This document shows, piece after piece, positions 28,885-45,686 of a DNA stretch of 64,000 nt. Under the pieces are notes generated by a model. It was not told the DNA's origin and searched no databases. It saw nothing but the letters and a program-made list of their open reading frames with translations. How positions within the stretch are numbered: position 1 is the stretch's first letter; every line of letters starts with the position of its first letter. This stretch comes from the human T2T-CHM13v2.0 reference genome, Homo sapiens. The position numbers and the translations under genes are program-made. Location: the NCBI RefSeq assembly GCF_009914755.1, contig NC_060931.1; one strand, given 5' to 3'.

Positions 28885-30960
28885 CTTACAGAATGACACT
28901 TATGACTATAAAATTTTAAAGAGCAAGAAAATTAACAGTCAACTTATTTTCCAAATAAACTCAAAAAATAAAATTAAAACTAGAAAAACAGTAAACATCT
29001 GAAAAAGAGAAAATGGTAACATTTCAAAACATTGTCAAAATTATGGTCAGTGGCATAATTAGAGCCTTAAATACCTTTCTTAATAAGAAAATAAAGCATT
29101 CAACTAAAAAAGCCCGAAAAATGATAAAACAAGTCAAGGAAAGCAAGAAGAAGGAAATTATAATAACAAGAGCACAAAAACGAAAGACACAGAAAGTTAC
29201 CTCCTTCCTGGACGACAGGCCCATGAGGCCCTGGGCCTTGGTTTTGTAATTATTGATGTATATCCAAAATGCCCAGAACAGTGGTTGGCACACAGGAATA
29301 CTCAGGAAATATTTATTAAGGAGAGTAAGTTTTAAAAAATGGTCAGATTTACAATAACCCACTTTTTTGGTATAGCCTAATAGAGTAGATTATTTATGAA
29401 ATATCAAAACAAGAAAAATAATGAGGAACATTATTTTACACATTTTAATTAAAGTGTGATGCACAGCTCTGTGCTAACAAAGTCAAAACTTCAACGAAAT
29501 GGTAACATTCTGGGGCTGTAAACATTTCCAGAACAGATTTAAGGAAAACCTAAAAACACCAATAACCAGAAGAGCTATTTTTTTAAAGTCTGTGAAATAT
29601 AAGTTGTAAAAATGTTAGTGAACCCAGGAGTTTTCACAGGTGAGTTCTTTTCATCTTCTAAGGTACACATTATTCCTAGGATATAAAAATTGTTCCAGAA
29701 CATAGTAACAAATAAAGAAAAAGCACAACATCTTATTTTTAAAGCTAGCATAAGTCTGATGTCAAAAGCAGACAATATACTGAAATAAATAGTAATAACT
29801 ACAGAATAATTTCACTTACAAATACAAAAGGAAAAATCTCAAAATATCAAGGATAAAAGAAGATCAGTTTAGGAGTATACTAAATACACACACCTCAATC
29901 AAGTAGATTTTCCCCAGGATGCAAAGATGACACATGCTTGCAATTAGTACAATATATTGCATCCATATGTCAATGAAAAAAATGCTTATCCCAGTTGATA
30001 TTCACTTGTCCTTGTTTATTTATTTATTGATTGGAGACAAGAGTCTTGCTCTGTCACCCAGGTTGGAGTGAAGTGGCCCCATCTCGGCTCACTGCAGCCT
30101 CTGCCTCCCGGGTTCAAGTGATTCTCATGCCTTAGCCTCCCGAGTAGCTGGGATTACAGGTGTGTGCCACCCCACCTGGCTAATTTTTGTAGAGACAGGG
30201 TTACATCATGTTACCCAGGCTGGTCTTGAACTTCTGAGCTCAGGCAATCTGCCTGCCTTGGCCTCCCAAAATGCTATGATTACAGGCGTGAGCCACCGTG
30301 CTCAGCCTATCCTTTTTTTTTTAATTGAATAGAATTATAATTTCTTAGGTCTCATTAGAACAATTCCTTTCAGGCACAGGCAGTGCCACATGGAGTGGGG
30401 GAGCCCCAGGGCAGAACTCTACACCTCTTCTGGGCTGTGGAGCTGTCTGTCCATCTAAGGGAGACGTGGAACCTTTTTTTCTACAGGAAGAAAATGCACA
30501 CAGGCATGAGTGCACAGACAGACAACTGTGCACACAATTCTGGGGGCTGATGGAATCAGAGCCCTGACTAGAAATTTCTCATTAACATTAGCAATGTCCA
30601 CTCCTGCTTCTACCACAAAATGTTTTTCACATTTTAATCAATAAAATAAAACATGCAAAATGAAATTTTTTACACATTAGAAAAGAAAAAAACAAAACTG
30701 TTGCTTGTGGATCATGTAAGTCCATACTCAGAAAAATCAAGAGAAGTCAACAGAAATAATCAGTAAAACTATCAAGTAAATTTAATCAGGCCTCATTCAA
30801 AAGAGCTGCACAAAGTGTAAAATATCTAGGAATAAACTGAGCGGAAAATGTTCTGGGCCTAAAGTGAGGAAACTGAAGCACTTCCCCAAGCAACAGAAGA
30901 GAAATCCAAATAAAAGGGAGACAGACCCATTTCTGTGTGAAAGACTCAGCTTGCTCAGGA
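28885..30960 (+). mobile_element. Degenerate L1ME ORF2 fragments
   Basis: A-rich; cacaggtgagttcttt, agctagcataagtctgatgtcaaaagcagaca, aaatatctaggaataaac. Confidence 0.6.
30015..30308 (-). mobile_element. Alu (AluS/J)
   Basis: (TTTA)n tail and dimeric consensus. Confidence 0.92.
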
Positions 30961-30964
30961 CGCC

Positions 30965-31250
30965 ATTTCCTATGTTGAAACTTAACTTTTTGGTGATGGT
31001 ATCAAGAGGTGGGGCCTCTGGAAGGTGATCAGTTTGTGAGGGTGGAGCCCTCATGAACAGGGTTAGAGCCCCTTGTCCCTCCACTGTGTGGGAGCATCGT
31101 GAGAGGAAATGTGGCCTTACCAGACAAGGAATCGGCTGCACCTTGATCTGGGACTTTGTAGCCTCCAAAGCTTGAAAAATAAATTTCCATTTTTCATAAG
31201 TCACCCAGCCTATGATATTTGGTTACTGCAACGTGAATAGACTAAGATAA
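30965..31250 (+). mobile_element. MaLR LTR (MLT1A-like)
   Basis: gaggtggggcct...gagggtggagccctcatgaa...caccttgatctgggactt...agactaagata. Confidence 0.8.
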
Positions 31251-31304
31251 TATACTATTAAAAATTGTTCTTATGACTAGAAATCTATAACAACTTGTTT
31301 TTCT

Positions 31305-31450
31305 GGCTGGGAGCAGTGGCTCATGCCTGTAATCCCAACACTTTGGGAGGCTGAGGTGGGAGGATTGCTTGAGGCTAGGAGTTTGAGACCAGCCTGGTCA
31401 ACACAGTGAGACTCTGTCACAATGAACAAACAAACAAACAAAAACCCAGA
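31305..31450 (+). mobile_element. Alu monomer (FLAM_C-like)
   Basis: Left arm only, followed by (CAAA)n. Confidence 0.85.
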
Positions 31451-32145
31451 TAAAAAAAGAACTCGTTTTTCTGAAGCCAATAGAAAGAGACCAAAGAACA
31501 TGTAGGAAAAACTGGGTACCCATTATGCTCGAGGTGCCATGAGACAGGTAACTTGGAACAGGAGTGTCTCTATGTCTATGAAAAGTGAACTCAATGAATA
31601 CCTTATTTAGCTGATATTTAAATAGCTTGGCTTGGCTTTTGGTGTAAAGACAGGCTAAGAAACCTCTTGTTCTGTTAGCCTTAGACTACATGACTACATG
31701 TGGCCTTTGCAGATGCTTTTGAAAAGTTTAGGATCCTCCCATTACCACTGTTAAATAAGAATAAAAATGGAGGCTAGAACTGACCTTTGCCTGTGAGTCA
31801 ATGGCCTACCCTCAGCTCAGCTCAAAATCTACAGATGTCCATTTACCCACTTAAACTGTAAACCAATTTTGAGCTTTATTTCTTTGTTGAAACACCTCAG
31901 CACATTGTAGCCAATTAGTGACCCAGGTAATTTACTCAACCTAACCAATGAGAATTAAGCTTATGAACTTCCTCTTTCATAGCATATAAACCTTGCTGTA
32001 ACCATGAGACAAGCTTCTTACCAGTTTTGGCTTTGAAGTCTCCCTATTTGCAAACAGTTTGTTTCTCACTCAATAAAATCTTCATATCATATTTTTAGTG
32101 TCAGGAGTGGGAACCAAAGAAGACCCCTGATGAGGGTTGAGGCCA

Positions 32146-32510
32146 GTGAGGAGCCCAGGGCTGGCACCCACGGACCCACTGCATCAGGGAGTAGCCCAGG
32201 GCTGGCACCCACGGACCTGCCACATCAGGGAGTAGCCCAGGGCCAGCACCCAAGGACCTGCCACATCAGGGAGTAGCCCAGGGCCGGCACCACAGACCTA
32301 CTGCATCAATGAGTAGCCCAGGGCCAGCACCCACGGACCCACTGCATCAGTGAGTAGCCCAGGGCCGGCACCCACGGACCCGCTGCATCAGTGAGTAGCC
32401 CAGGGCCGGCACCCACGGACCCGCTGCATCAGTGAGTAGCCCAGGGCCGGCACCCATGGACCCGCTGCATCAGCGAGTAGCCCAGGGCCGGCACCCAAGG
32501 ACCTACTGCA
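32146..32510. repeat. 41-bp VNTR in the ERV leader, ~9 copies
   Basis: gagtagcccagggccggcacccacggacccgctgcatcagt at 32352, 32393 etc. Confidence 0.95.
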
Positions 32511-33831
32511 TTTACTGCTTTCTCACGGGCCGTGGAAGTCCAGGGTAAGTCTCTAGGATCCAATCTCCACACCCTTTGTGTTGAGCTTGCCCATTTTCTT
32601 GAGTAATCTTTGTTGAACCTTCTTGGTGGGTCACCCTGTTCTGTACAGAAGTGGAAGAAACAGCTGAACTGTTTTGGAACAGCTGTTCATGTCTGGGTAA
32701 TTTAAGGCAAAGATGGGTTCCACCTGGTCCAAAATCCTCCGTGGGCCAGGATCTTGTGCGTTTTTGGAAAAATGGGTAAACTTAAAAAAGGATAATTTGG
32801 AACTGCCATGGCCACTTTGGGGAACCTTTAACATTTACATATTAGAAAAGAAAAAAACAAAAATGTTGCTTGTAGATCGTGTAAGTCCATAAGTAAGATA
32901 GATCAGCTTAGGGGTGCCCTTGAAGACAGAGGATCTTCATCTTTTCAGAGACAGTGAAATGCCTTCTTTGTTATGCAGAAGCTTCTAAAAGACAAACTGA
33001 TTCTCCAAAAGTATCCTTACAGTGCACAAATGAAAAATCTTTAGTAAAAAAGTCTTTAGCCATTTGAGCAAATTATTTTGTCTGCCAGAAACACAATTTG
33101 GATCCAGCTGTTCTTTTATAAACTAGCAAGTTTTGTATTATTGTACCAGACACATGACTGAAATTTCTAAATGGAAGCTGTAAGATCTCTGTCTATCTCT
33201 ATCTTTATGACATGTGTATTTTTTTTTAACCTCTGGATGGCATTTCCAAAATTAATGTATAAAAGAGCTCTATTTAATTGGCTCAAAGAAAAATAAGCAC
33301 TTGTATAAGTAATTCTAAAACTCTCAGAAAAACAGGAATTTACTCAAATGTTTTTTAAGTTCATGTGACACGGATAATCTTTGGTGAGTAAGAATATCGT
33401 TGGTTTAGTTTTTTTAAAAAAAGAAAAGGATATACCTTCAGAGTTGTCAATATTAGTTATAATACAGACATACAACTTTTATTACTAGTTAAGTTATCTC
33501 CATTTTACAAAATTGTGCAAGTCCATGGCTTGGTTGCTTAGCCTGGAGTGGCTTTTAAAAGTCTAATCTGAGACTCCTTATTACCAGACAGTTTCAATGA
33601 GTAGAGATTGACTTTATGGAGCTAATAACCCCTTTGGTTATCACCAAAACTTTGACTGGAATGTCATATTTGAGAATGTGCATTGAACCACTATCCTTGA
33701 TGCAGTTACATAAATGATCAGTCCAAGTTTAATGAGATTAGACTGATTTTGCAAACAGATTAGTCTTAGTATGATTATCTTTGGTAGGAATTGGGGTGAC
33801 TGAAGAGACAAAAGTTGTGTTCTGGTAGAAA

Positions 33832-34442
33832 ACTACAGTGTACCTGTTATCAGATTCTAGCCCTGTTCAATGTCTTTGAGGTACTACAGTGTGCCTGTTA
33901 TCAGATTCTAGCCCTGTTCAATGTCTTTGAGGTATTATAGTGTACCTGTTATCAGATTCTAGCCCTGTTCAATGTCTTTGAGGTACTACAGTGTGCCTGT
34001 TATCAGATTTTAGCCCTGTTCAATGTCTTTGAGGTATTATAGTATGCCTGTTATCAGATTCTAGCCCTGTTCAATGTCTTTGAGGTATTATAGTGTAACT
34101 GTTATCAGATTCTAGCCCTGTTCAATGTCTTTGAGGTACTACAGTGTGCCTGTTATCAGATTCTAGCCCTGTTCAATGTCTTTGAGGTACTACAGTGTAC
34201 CTGTTATCAGATTCTAGCCCTGTTCAATGTCTTTGAGGTACTACAGTGTGCCTGTTATCAGATTCTAGCCCTGTTCAATGTCTTTGAGGTATTATAGTAT
34301 GCCTGTTATCAGATTCTAGCCCTGTTCAATGTCTTTGAGGTACTACAGTGTGCCTGTTATCAGATTCTAGCCCTGTTCAATGTCTTTGAGGTACTAAGGT
34401 GTACCTGTTATCAGATTCTAGCCCTGTTCAATGTCTTTGAGG
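33832..34442. repeat. 51-bp VNTR in the ERV internal region, ~12 copies
   Basis: cctgttatcagattctagccctgttcaatgtctttgagg at 33843, 33894 etc. Confidence 0.96.
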
Positions 34443-35790
34443 TTTGCTGTGTACCTCTAACCTGGACTGCAACTTGAGTTTTTCCTTTTTCCTCCAATGT
34501 CTGGCTGTGACTTTCGAAATGAACATTTCCAATTTTCCCTCACTCTTCTGACCTGGAATCACAAGAAATAAAACTGCCCTTTCCCTCACTCCCTGCAAGT
34601 TGAAACTGGAAAATTTGATATAAACTTCAGAGAAATCGCTGCCACAGTTCATGCATGGACAACATTCATGCCTGTTCCTGTGTGGGCCACTTAGAGAGCT
34701 CATTGGAACACCTGGTGATATTGCCTGGGACATTCAAACTGCAAATCAGGAAAATTGTTCACATTGAAACTTCCCCCCCTCATTTTACCATCTAAAGATA
34801 ATTCCAGCTCAAATCTATTAAATCTCAACTGGCTTCCCTCTGAACTGAGAGACTGAGTTTATAATCTGTTCCAACTAGTAACCTTTTTTTTTGTTTCCAT
34901 AGAAATATCTAACAAATACCTGATTGCTCACACCACGTAGAAGCCTAATTTAGGAGGAAGCTTTCCTGTAGCACTGCTTCCTGAAATGAGACATCCCCAT
35001 GTTTATCTTGTCTTAGGTAATCATGACACGGTTCAACACTGTAAGGCACTAATGCAATATTCAAAAGCTGATTTCCACCAGATCTAAGAAGTTTTCTATG
35101 ATCTGCTTCCTAAAGAAGGCAATGTGCCCCATACATTAGAACTTGGAGACTTAGTTTATTGGAAAAGATGCCAACGAAAGTCTGCATTTGAGTCTTGTTG
35201 GAAGGGGTCTTTTTTACTGCAAAATATTTACAGTTATAGCAAAGATCTATCCACTGTTGAGCCAGATTTACATTAGGCAACCACACAGCCTTGGGCTATT
35301 CATGGCTGAGGAGGAGCACGTTGTTGCATCGCGTTGTGCCTACATAAGTAACTCGGGAAAAATGTAAACCCAATTACACGTTATCCAGGAAAATGCAGGT
35401 GGGCTTGGAAACATACAACCTGAATCAGACTGTGACTCATTTTATCTTTTGAGCTGGTTAAATCTGGGCAGGTGGCATTTTTGGACGCTAGGTGTTATCC
35501 TCCTGAGAGTAACATCCACCACCTCTCTCGGGTGTTGTATCCGCTCCAGTGCCCACTGACTCAGCAAATGGTCTCTGTGAGAACCAAGCAACAACCTGGA
35601 GGGCCCACTGAGATCCCACTTTGAAGCCTTCAGTGTCCATGGAGGAAGGATAGGTGGTGACAGGAATGCTGAATGGCCGCACTCTCAGCTCCACTCAGAG
35701 AAAGACCACAAGGGAAGAATTGTCAAATAAACACAGAAATGCAGGTAGGGACTGACCTTCGCCCCAACCACGGCCCCACCCGCTCAGTGA

Positions 35791-39225
<3,435 letters not shown>

Positions 39226-39324
39226 GAATGTTTCTACGAGAGAGCAGCATTCTGAATTCATCCTAATTACCTGTTCGCCCATTTCCTTTGGGTTTCTAAG
39301 GTAGTAGAATAGGCTGTGCTGAAA

Positions 39325-39424
39325 ACAGACAGACAGACAGATAGACCTGCAGACAGATAGGCAGATAGGCAGAAAGCCAGACAGACTTGCAGACAGGCAG
39401 ACAGACAAACAGACAGATAGACCT
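39325..39424. repeat. Degenerate (CAGA/GATA)n microsatellite
   Basis: cagacagacagacagatagac... Confidence 0.85.
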
Positions 39425-41896
39425 GCTCCCAGATGGACAGAGAGGCAGCTATCATGAAGGGTGGCTCAAGACCATTCCCAGTGTATCAATGGGTCACCGA
39501 ATGTGTGATGAACAATGATTAGATCCTTCCTAATTACATGCAAATGAGGCTAACCATCATCCTCATGTAATTACACACGGTGTTATATTTGTTTCAGTTG
39601 TGGTTGGCTTCAAGAATAGAGCAGAAGGGCAAGAGCTTCAGTGTTCTAATACTGGATCTTGGTGGCCACACCCCCAAGTCTTCCTGAACCAACTATCCCT
39701 GCCTGTCCCTGGTCCCACCTGTCCTACCTGCCCCTGTCCTGACTCCACTTGCCTGTCACACACACTAATTCCATTGTCCACCCCGGAGCAGCCTTGACAC
39801 TCACTGGGCAAGGATCCCAAGCCTGCCCTACTGCTCTGCAGAGCCTCTTCCCTTCATCTTTGTCTGGGTGAGGGAGTCTCCCCCAGCTTCATCCGGAACC
39901 TTATGGCCATGATGGAGAAAGTGCTTCTGTTCCAGTCCCATTTGCGAGGAATCTCAATGGGCGCCCAGCCCACTTTCTTCCCTAAAGCCGTGACCTCAGG
40001 TAGTTCCCCTTCTGGGAGCAGTTTCCTCATCCCTAGATGAGTGTGTTGGTCAAGGAGGTGTCTAAGTCCCTTCCAGCTCCACCTTTCCATAAATATCTGC
40101 CCTGGAGTGACCATAGCAGAGTCCTTCACACAGCACGCGGGTTCAACAGCTTTCCAGGCAGCGAGCCACCAGAGCCACAGCCAGGGCAGCCAGTACCCAC
40201 TAGCCGGGCCAGGCCTGCTTCTCACCTGCTGTCCCGGGCAATCATGCACAGCCCCGTTCTCTCGAGAGAGGCCAGGTCTGGTGGACACGTTTACTGTCAG
40301 TCCATTCATAACCCATCCAGGAGGTATGCAGTTTGGGGGGTGACAAGCAACATTTGGAAGAGAACCTGTGGTTTTGTGAGGTGTCTGCACTGCATCACAG
40401 TGTGAACTGTGTCCCTAACTGCAGGCCTCAGGCAAACTTGAAGCAAGCTTTGGGCTAGGCCAGGGGGCTCCTGACTCTGCATCTGCTGCAGGCAGTGTCT
40501 GGGCTGGTGCATGTGAACATTCTCAGGAAACCCTCAGATAGAAGCCTTCTTTACCCCTTAGCAGATGTGCCCTTGCTGGATGGGCTCTGACAAAGTCTCA
40601 GCTTCCCAGCCCACTTCAGCCCCCATCACACACATCTCCGTCTGGGAAACTGCTTCTTCCAGACCCTTTGTGTAATGATGAACGTCTTAACCAATGCCAC
40701 TTTGCACAGGGTGCTGTGGGGTGCAGAAAGCAAAGCCGCATCAGTACTCAGACAGCTTCTGTCCGGTCCTTAGTAAACAAGACCAACGCGCACCAGGCCA
40801 GAGGGGCAAAGGCCATGCCTCTGAGTTCTGCAGGCAGGCAGTGGACTCTTGGCAGGCCGCACGAGGTGTGGGCGGGAGGATGAGAGTGCTCGGGGCAGGA
40901 ACTCTGGGAGCACTTAGTGGGTGAAGGGAAATAGCGAGTGATGGGGCAGGCGGCTGGGCACGCTGGAGGGCAGTGCCGCCAGGTGAGACAGGAACAGCGT
41001 GAGGCAGGAGACAGGATGTGGGGGCCCCTGGCGCAGCATTTCATGCCGAGTGACAGCACCCTCCCTTGGCCTCTTCCTCCCAGAGTGGCACAATGTGTCC
41101 CCTGTTCCCTCTGCCAGGCTTCAGGCTCCTGCAGAGAGGGCGCCGGGCACGGGATTCAGGGCACTATGCCTGTGCAATGGCAGGCAAGGTCAGTCCCTGG
41201 TCAGTGTCTGCAGGGCCCCTGGCGGCGTGGCCTCACGCTGCAGAAAGTGCAGGGTTTGTCTGCACCTCTTATGGGTCCCCGGAGCATGTGGGCCTGTTGG
41301 GGGGCCTCTGCCTGGTGCTGGCGCGGAGTGGGGTACAGGGAGGATTTCGGGGCATGGACTCCACCCCTCACTGGAGGCCGCCAGTTGCCAGTCTCAGAGG
41401 TAGGAGGTGCCTGTTTTTGCCTTAGAAGTCGAAGGCTGGAGCTTCCTTTTGCTTCTCAAATGTTTTAGACACCGTCAGAAACCATAACCTATTTTTGTGG
41501 GAAATGTTCTCCAAGATGCCACTGCAATCTTTTCCAAGGGCATCATGGCCCATGGAAGCTTCTTCTAAAAACGGAGGTGCTGTTTCAAGATTCAGGATGA
41601 GAACACTGCACTGTGTAAAAGCATTAGCAAGTTGAATTTTTCTTCTTTCAAGTTACTGGCAAAATATCCTTTGAGGACATTTACTTTGAGGATCTATCCT
41701 GTGGCAAATATCCTGGTGTGAAGCATCAGATTCTACAAGTCACTCCACTTAGGAGACTGTCAGGACCATCGTCATGATGGTGCAGCATTTTGCAATTTAC
41801 AAAACGAATTCATGCAGTTATGGCAACAACCCTGTGAAGACACCAGATTGAGTCTCACTGCTCCGTTCCCACGACACGGATGAGGCGGGTGGAGGG

Positions 41897-42193
<297 letters not shown>

Positions 42194-42344
42194 TCATGGT
42201 GAGTTTAAGGACACGGCTGTCACGCTGAAGCTGACGCCAGGATCGAATCCCATGACACCGTCTCACTGGAGGAAGTCTCCCACCACAAGAATCCAGGGTT
42301 ACTCTTTTGTTTCAGTTTTTTTTTTCGTTAGGAGTAACTGGTGA

Positions 42345-42775
42345 TTCCATCTGAAAAGGCCCACATGCTGCAGGATTCCAACCCAAGACATTCTGGAAAG
42401 GCAGGACTATGGAGCCAGGGCAAAGATCGGCAGTTGCCAGGGGCTGGGGAAGGAGGGACGAAGAGGCGGAGCACAGGGGAGTTTCAGGTCAGCGAGGACG
42501 ACCCGTGCGATGCTGTGATGGCGGGTCCTTGTCATTAGGCATTTGTCCAAACCCACAGAATGCAAACCACCAGGAGTGAGCCCTAAGTAAACCAGGGACT
42601 TCAGTTAACAACAAGGGGTCAATATTATACCAAAGCCATCAGTTGTAACAAGTGCACCACATTAACAAAACATGTTAATAAGAGGCACTGGGCAGTGCGG
42701 ACTGCACGAGAATCCCCTGTACTTTCTGCTTAATTTTTATGTCACCATAAAACTGCTCTAAAAAGTCGATTAACT
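42345..42775 (+). mobile_element. L1MC1/2-like 3' end
   Basis: tctgaaaaggc...gacattctggaaaggc...aaaactgctctaaaaa. Confidence 0.8.
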
Positions 42776-43574
42776 TGAAAAATCAGGAGCTGCTAAGTCT
42801 AGTGGAGAACTCAGGGATGCCTGGGGTGGTTCCATCTTAAGAATGTGTCTTCCAGTGAGAACTGTTTTTCCAACAGCAAGGTAAAGCACAGATATGATCT
42901 TGACTTGTTTTGCCCATGGAGTCCTATGAAAATCAGACCGTGCTGAGCTGGGTTGTGGGGAGGTGCCCTGTTCTGACCCACGCGGGGGACTGTAACATCC
43001 CGGAATCTGAGGTAAGCTGAAAAGGCCTTCCCAAAGCAAAAGCTGTGACAGCCTGGATCCTGCACCATGGCTGCATGGCTGAGACCTGCCACATGGGTTT
43101 GCCCCCAGGAAGGGCTGAGGCTGGGGCCTGCATGGTTCTGCTGAGTGTTCAGGAAGGTGAGAGACAAGCTCTCAACCCGGGGGATGTCAAATGTGAAGTT
43201 TCTTTCCAGGGATGCTCTTCCTCTTTACATGGGCCACCTGGGTGTGACAGCTGCGCTGATTCTCCATGGCCAGGTGTTGTGCCCAGGAGCTGGTCCTGCT
43301 GGGTCTGAGTTCTGCCTGCCTCCGAGCGCCTGCCCAGGACCCTTGGCTCACGGTGCTTGCTTCCCACCCCGTAGGATGGCACAAAGCCATGACTCCTCAG
43401 TGAGTAGCTGATACCCATGTAATAAACATGGAAGTGACACAATTCTCTGAAGCAGCAAAAGTGCATCTTGGAGGCTGGTTGTGACACCAGCAGGTTGTCT
43501 TCAGGTTCTGTGAATAAAACATCAGCTCTTACCTCAAATGGTCTAGAGTAGACTCACATGTCCTCACGTGAAGA

Positions 43575-44232
43575 AAACCACACTCTGCCAGGATCCCCAT
43601 AGTGAGATACGTCTTCCCAACCAACAATACCGAGGATCCTGATAGTGAGATATGGCTTCCCAACAAACAATAACCACACTCTGCCAGGACTCTGATAGTG
43701 AGATACGGCTTCCCAACAAATAATACCCAGGACTCGGATAGTGAGATATGGCTTCCCAACAAACAATACCCAGGACTCGGATAGTGAGATATGGCTTCCC
43801 CAACAAACAATACCCAGGACTCGGATAGTGAGATACGGCTTCCCAACAAACAATAACCACACTCTGCCAGGATTCTGATAGTGAGATACAGCTTCTCCAA
43901 CAAACAATACCCAGGACTCTGATAGTGAGATACAGCTTCCCCAACAAACAATACACAGGATCCTCATAGTGAGATACGACTTCCCCAACAAACAATAACC
44001 ACACTCTGCCAGGACTCTGATAGTGAGATACGGCTTCCCCAACAAACAATACCCAGGACTTGGATAGTGAGATACGGCTTCCCCAACAAACAATACCCAG
44101 GACTCAGATAGTGAGATACAGCTTCCCCAACAAACAATATCCAGGACTCGGATAGTGAGATACGGCTTCCCCAGCAAACAACACACAGGATCCTGATAGT
44201 GAGATACTGCTTCCCAAACAAACAATACCCAA
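43575..44232. repeat. 43-44 bp VNTR with a longer (~55 bp) variant unit, ~14 copies
   Basis: gatagtgagatacggcttcccaacaaacaatacccaggactc; some units carry an extra aaccacactctg. Confidence 0.95.
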
Positions 44233-44484
44233 GTGGGGGCACTCCCTATCCTCTCCCTGCTGCCCCCATAATCCAGGCTGCAGGAAGTCCTGTGGCTGGC
44301 TGGGGGCCCCAATCGGTGCCCACCCGACCCCTGAAGGCACTGAGCCTGAGGGTCTTTTACAGGGGAAGCCGGCAATGAGCCTTAGGGTCTTCTGACAGTC
44401 AAGAATGGTTCTTCCTCTACCTACTAGAGCACAGCATCCATCAGCCTTGACTGTTGCCCAATCCTGAGAGAACCTACAGAGGAG

Positions 44485-44830
44485 CCAGCATCTGCAGCAG
44501 CACACTGGTACATCCACACACATGCTGCAGCACAGCCACGCACCTGCGACAGTACACCTGAACACCCGCATACCCACTGCAGCACACCTGTACACCACAA
44601 TCATGCTGCAGCACACCTGTATATCTGCACACCTGCTGTAGCATACCTGTACACCACACACAAGCTGCAGCACAGCTGTTCATCCGCACACATGCTGCAG
44701 CACACCTGTACACCTGCGGCAGTACACCTGAACACCTGCACACCCACCGCAGCACACCCGTATACCACACACAAGCTGCAGCACAGCTGTACACCTGCAC
44801 ACCTGCTGCAGCACACCTATACACCTGCAA
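44485..44830. repeat. Degenerate CA-rich tandem repeat (gctgcagcacacctgtacac)
   Basis: Recurrent gctgcagcacac and cacctg. Confidence 0.8.
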
Positions 44831-45076
44831 GGAGTCAGGACAGTCCCACCACGTTATTCACATCACAGCGAGCAAGTGCACAGGACAGTGTCTCACAAGT
44901 TGGACTAAGCCCTGACCTGAGTAGGATTTCTTGGAGAAGCCACTGTCTGAGCTGGAGAGGGAATCACACAGCGGTGGCGGCACGGCCTGCACCACGGAGT
45001 GAAAGCAGTGAGCTCCGGAGTCCATTCAGCTACTCTGGTCACAGCCTGGAAACGCTGCTGGGAGAACAATCCCAGT

Positions 45077-45686
45077 GCCTCAGGCCTCGGTTCCTCATCT
45101 GGGGAATGGGAATAGCCTCAGGCCTCAGCTCCTCATCTGTGGAATGGGAATAGCCTCAGGCCTCGGCTCCTCATCTGTGGAATGGGAATAGCCTCAGGCC
45201 TCGGCTCCTCATCTGTGGAATGGGAATAGCCTCAGGCCTCGGCTCCTCATCTGTGGAATGGGAATAGCCTCAGGCCTCGGCTCCTCATCTGTGGAATGGG
45301 AATAGCCTCAGGCCTCGGCTCCTCATCTGTGGAATGGGAATAGCCTCAGGCCTCGGCTCCTCATCTGTGGAATGGGAATAGCCTCAGGCCTCGGCTCCTC
45401 ATCTGTGGAATGGGAATAGCCTCAGGCCTCGGCTCCTCATCTGTGGAATGGGAATAGCCTCAGGCCTCGGTTCCTCATCTGTGGAATGGGAATAGCCTCA
45501 GGCCTCGGCTCCTCATCTGTGGAATGGGAATAGCCTCAGGCCTCGGCTCCTCATCTGTGGAATGGGAATAGCCTCAGGCCTCGGCTCCTCATCTGTGGAA
45601 TGGGAATAGCCTCAGGCCTCGGCTCCTCATCTGTGGAATGGGAATAGCCTCAGGCCTCGGCTCCTCATCTGTGGAATGGGAATAGT
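45077..45686. repeat. 38-bp VNTR, ~16 near-identical copies, expanded from a MIR core (MIR spans ~44990-45790, + strand)
   Basis: gcctcaggcctcggctcctcatctgtggaatgggaata compared with MIR gcctcagtttcctcatctgtaaaatggggata; the MIR tail catgtaaagtgcttagagcacagtaag follows. Confidence 0.93.

Noticed and set aside
40668-40883. ORF with NQC-HF...RKQSR resembling a P4-ATPase segment
   Set aside because: Short match with no flanking similarity or exon structure; probably chance.
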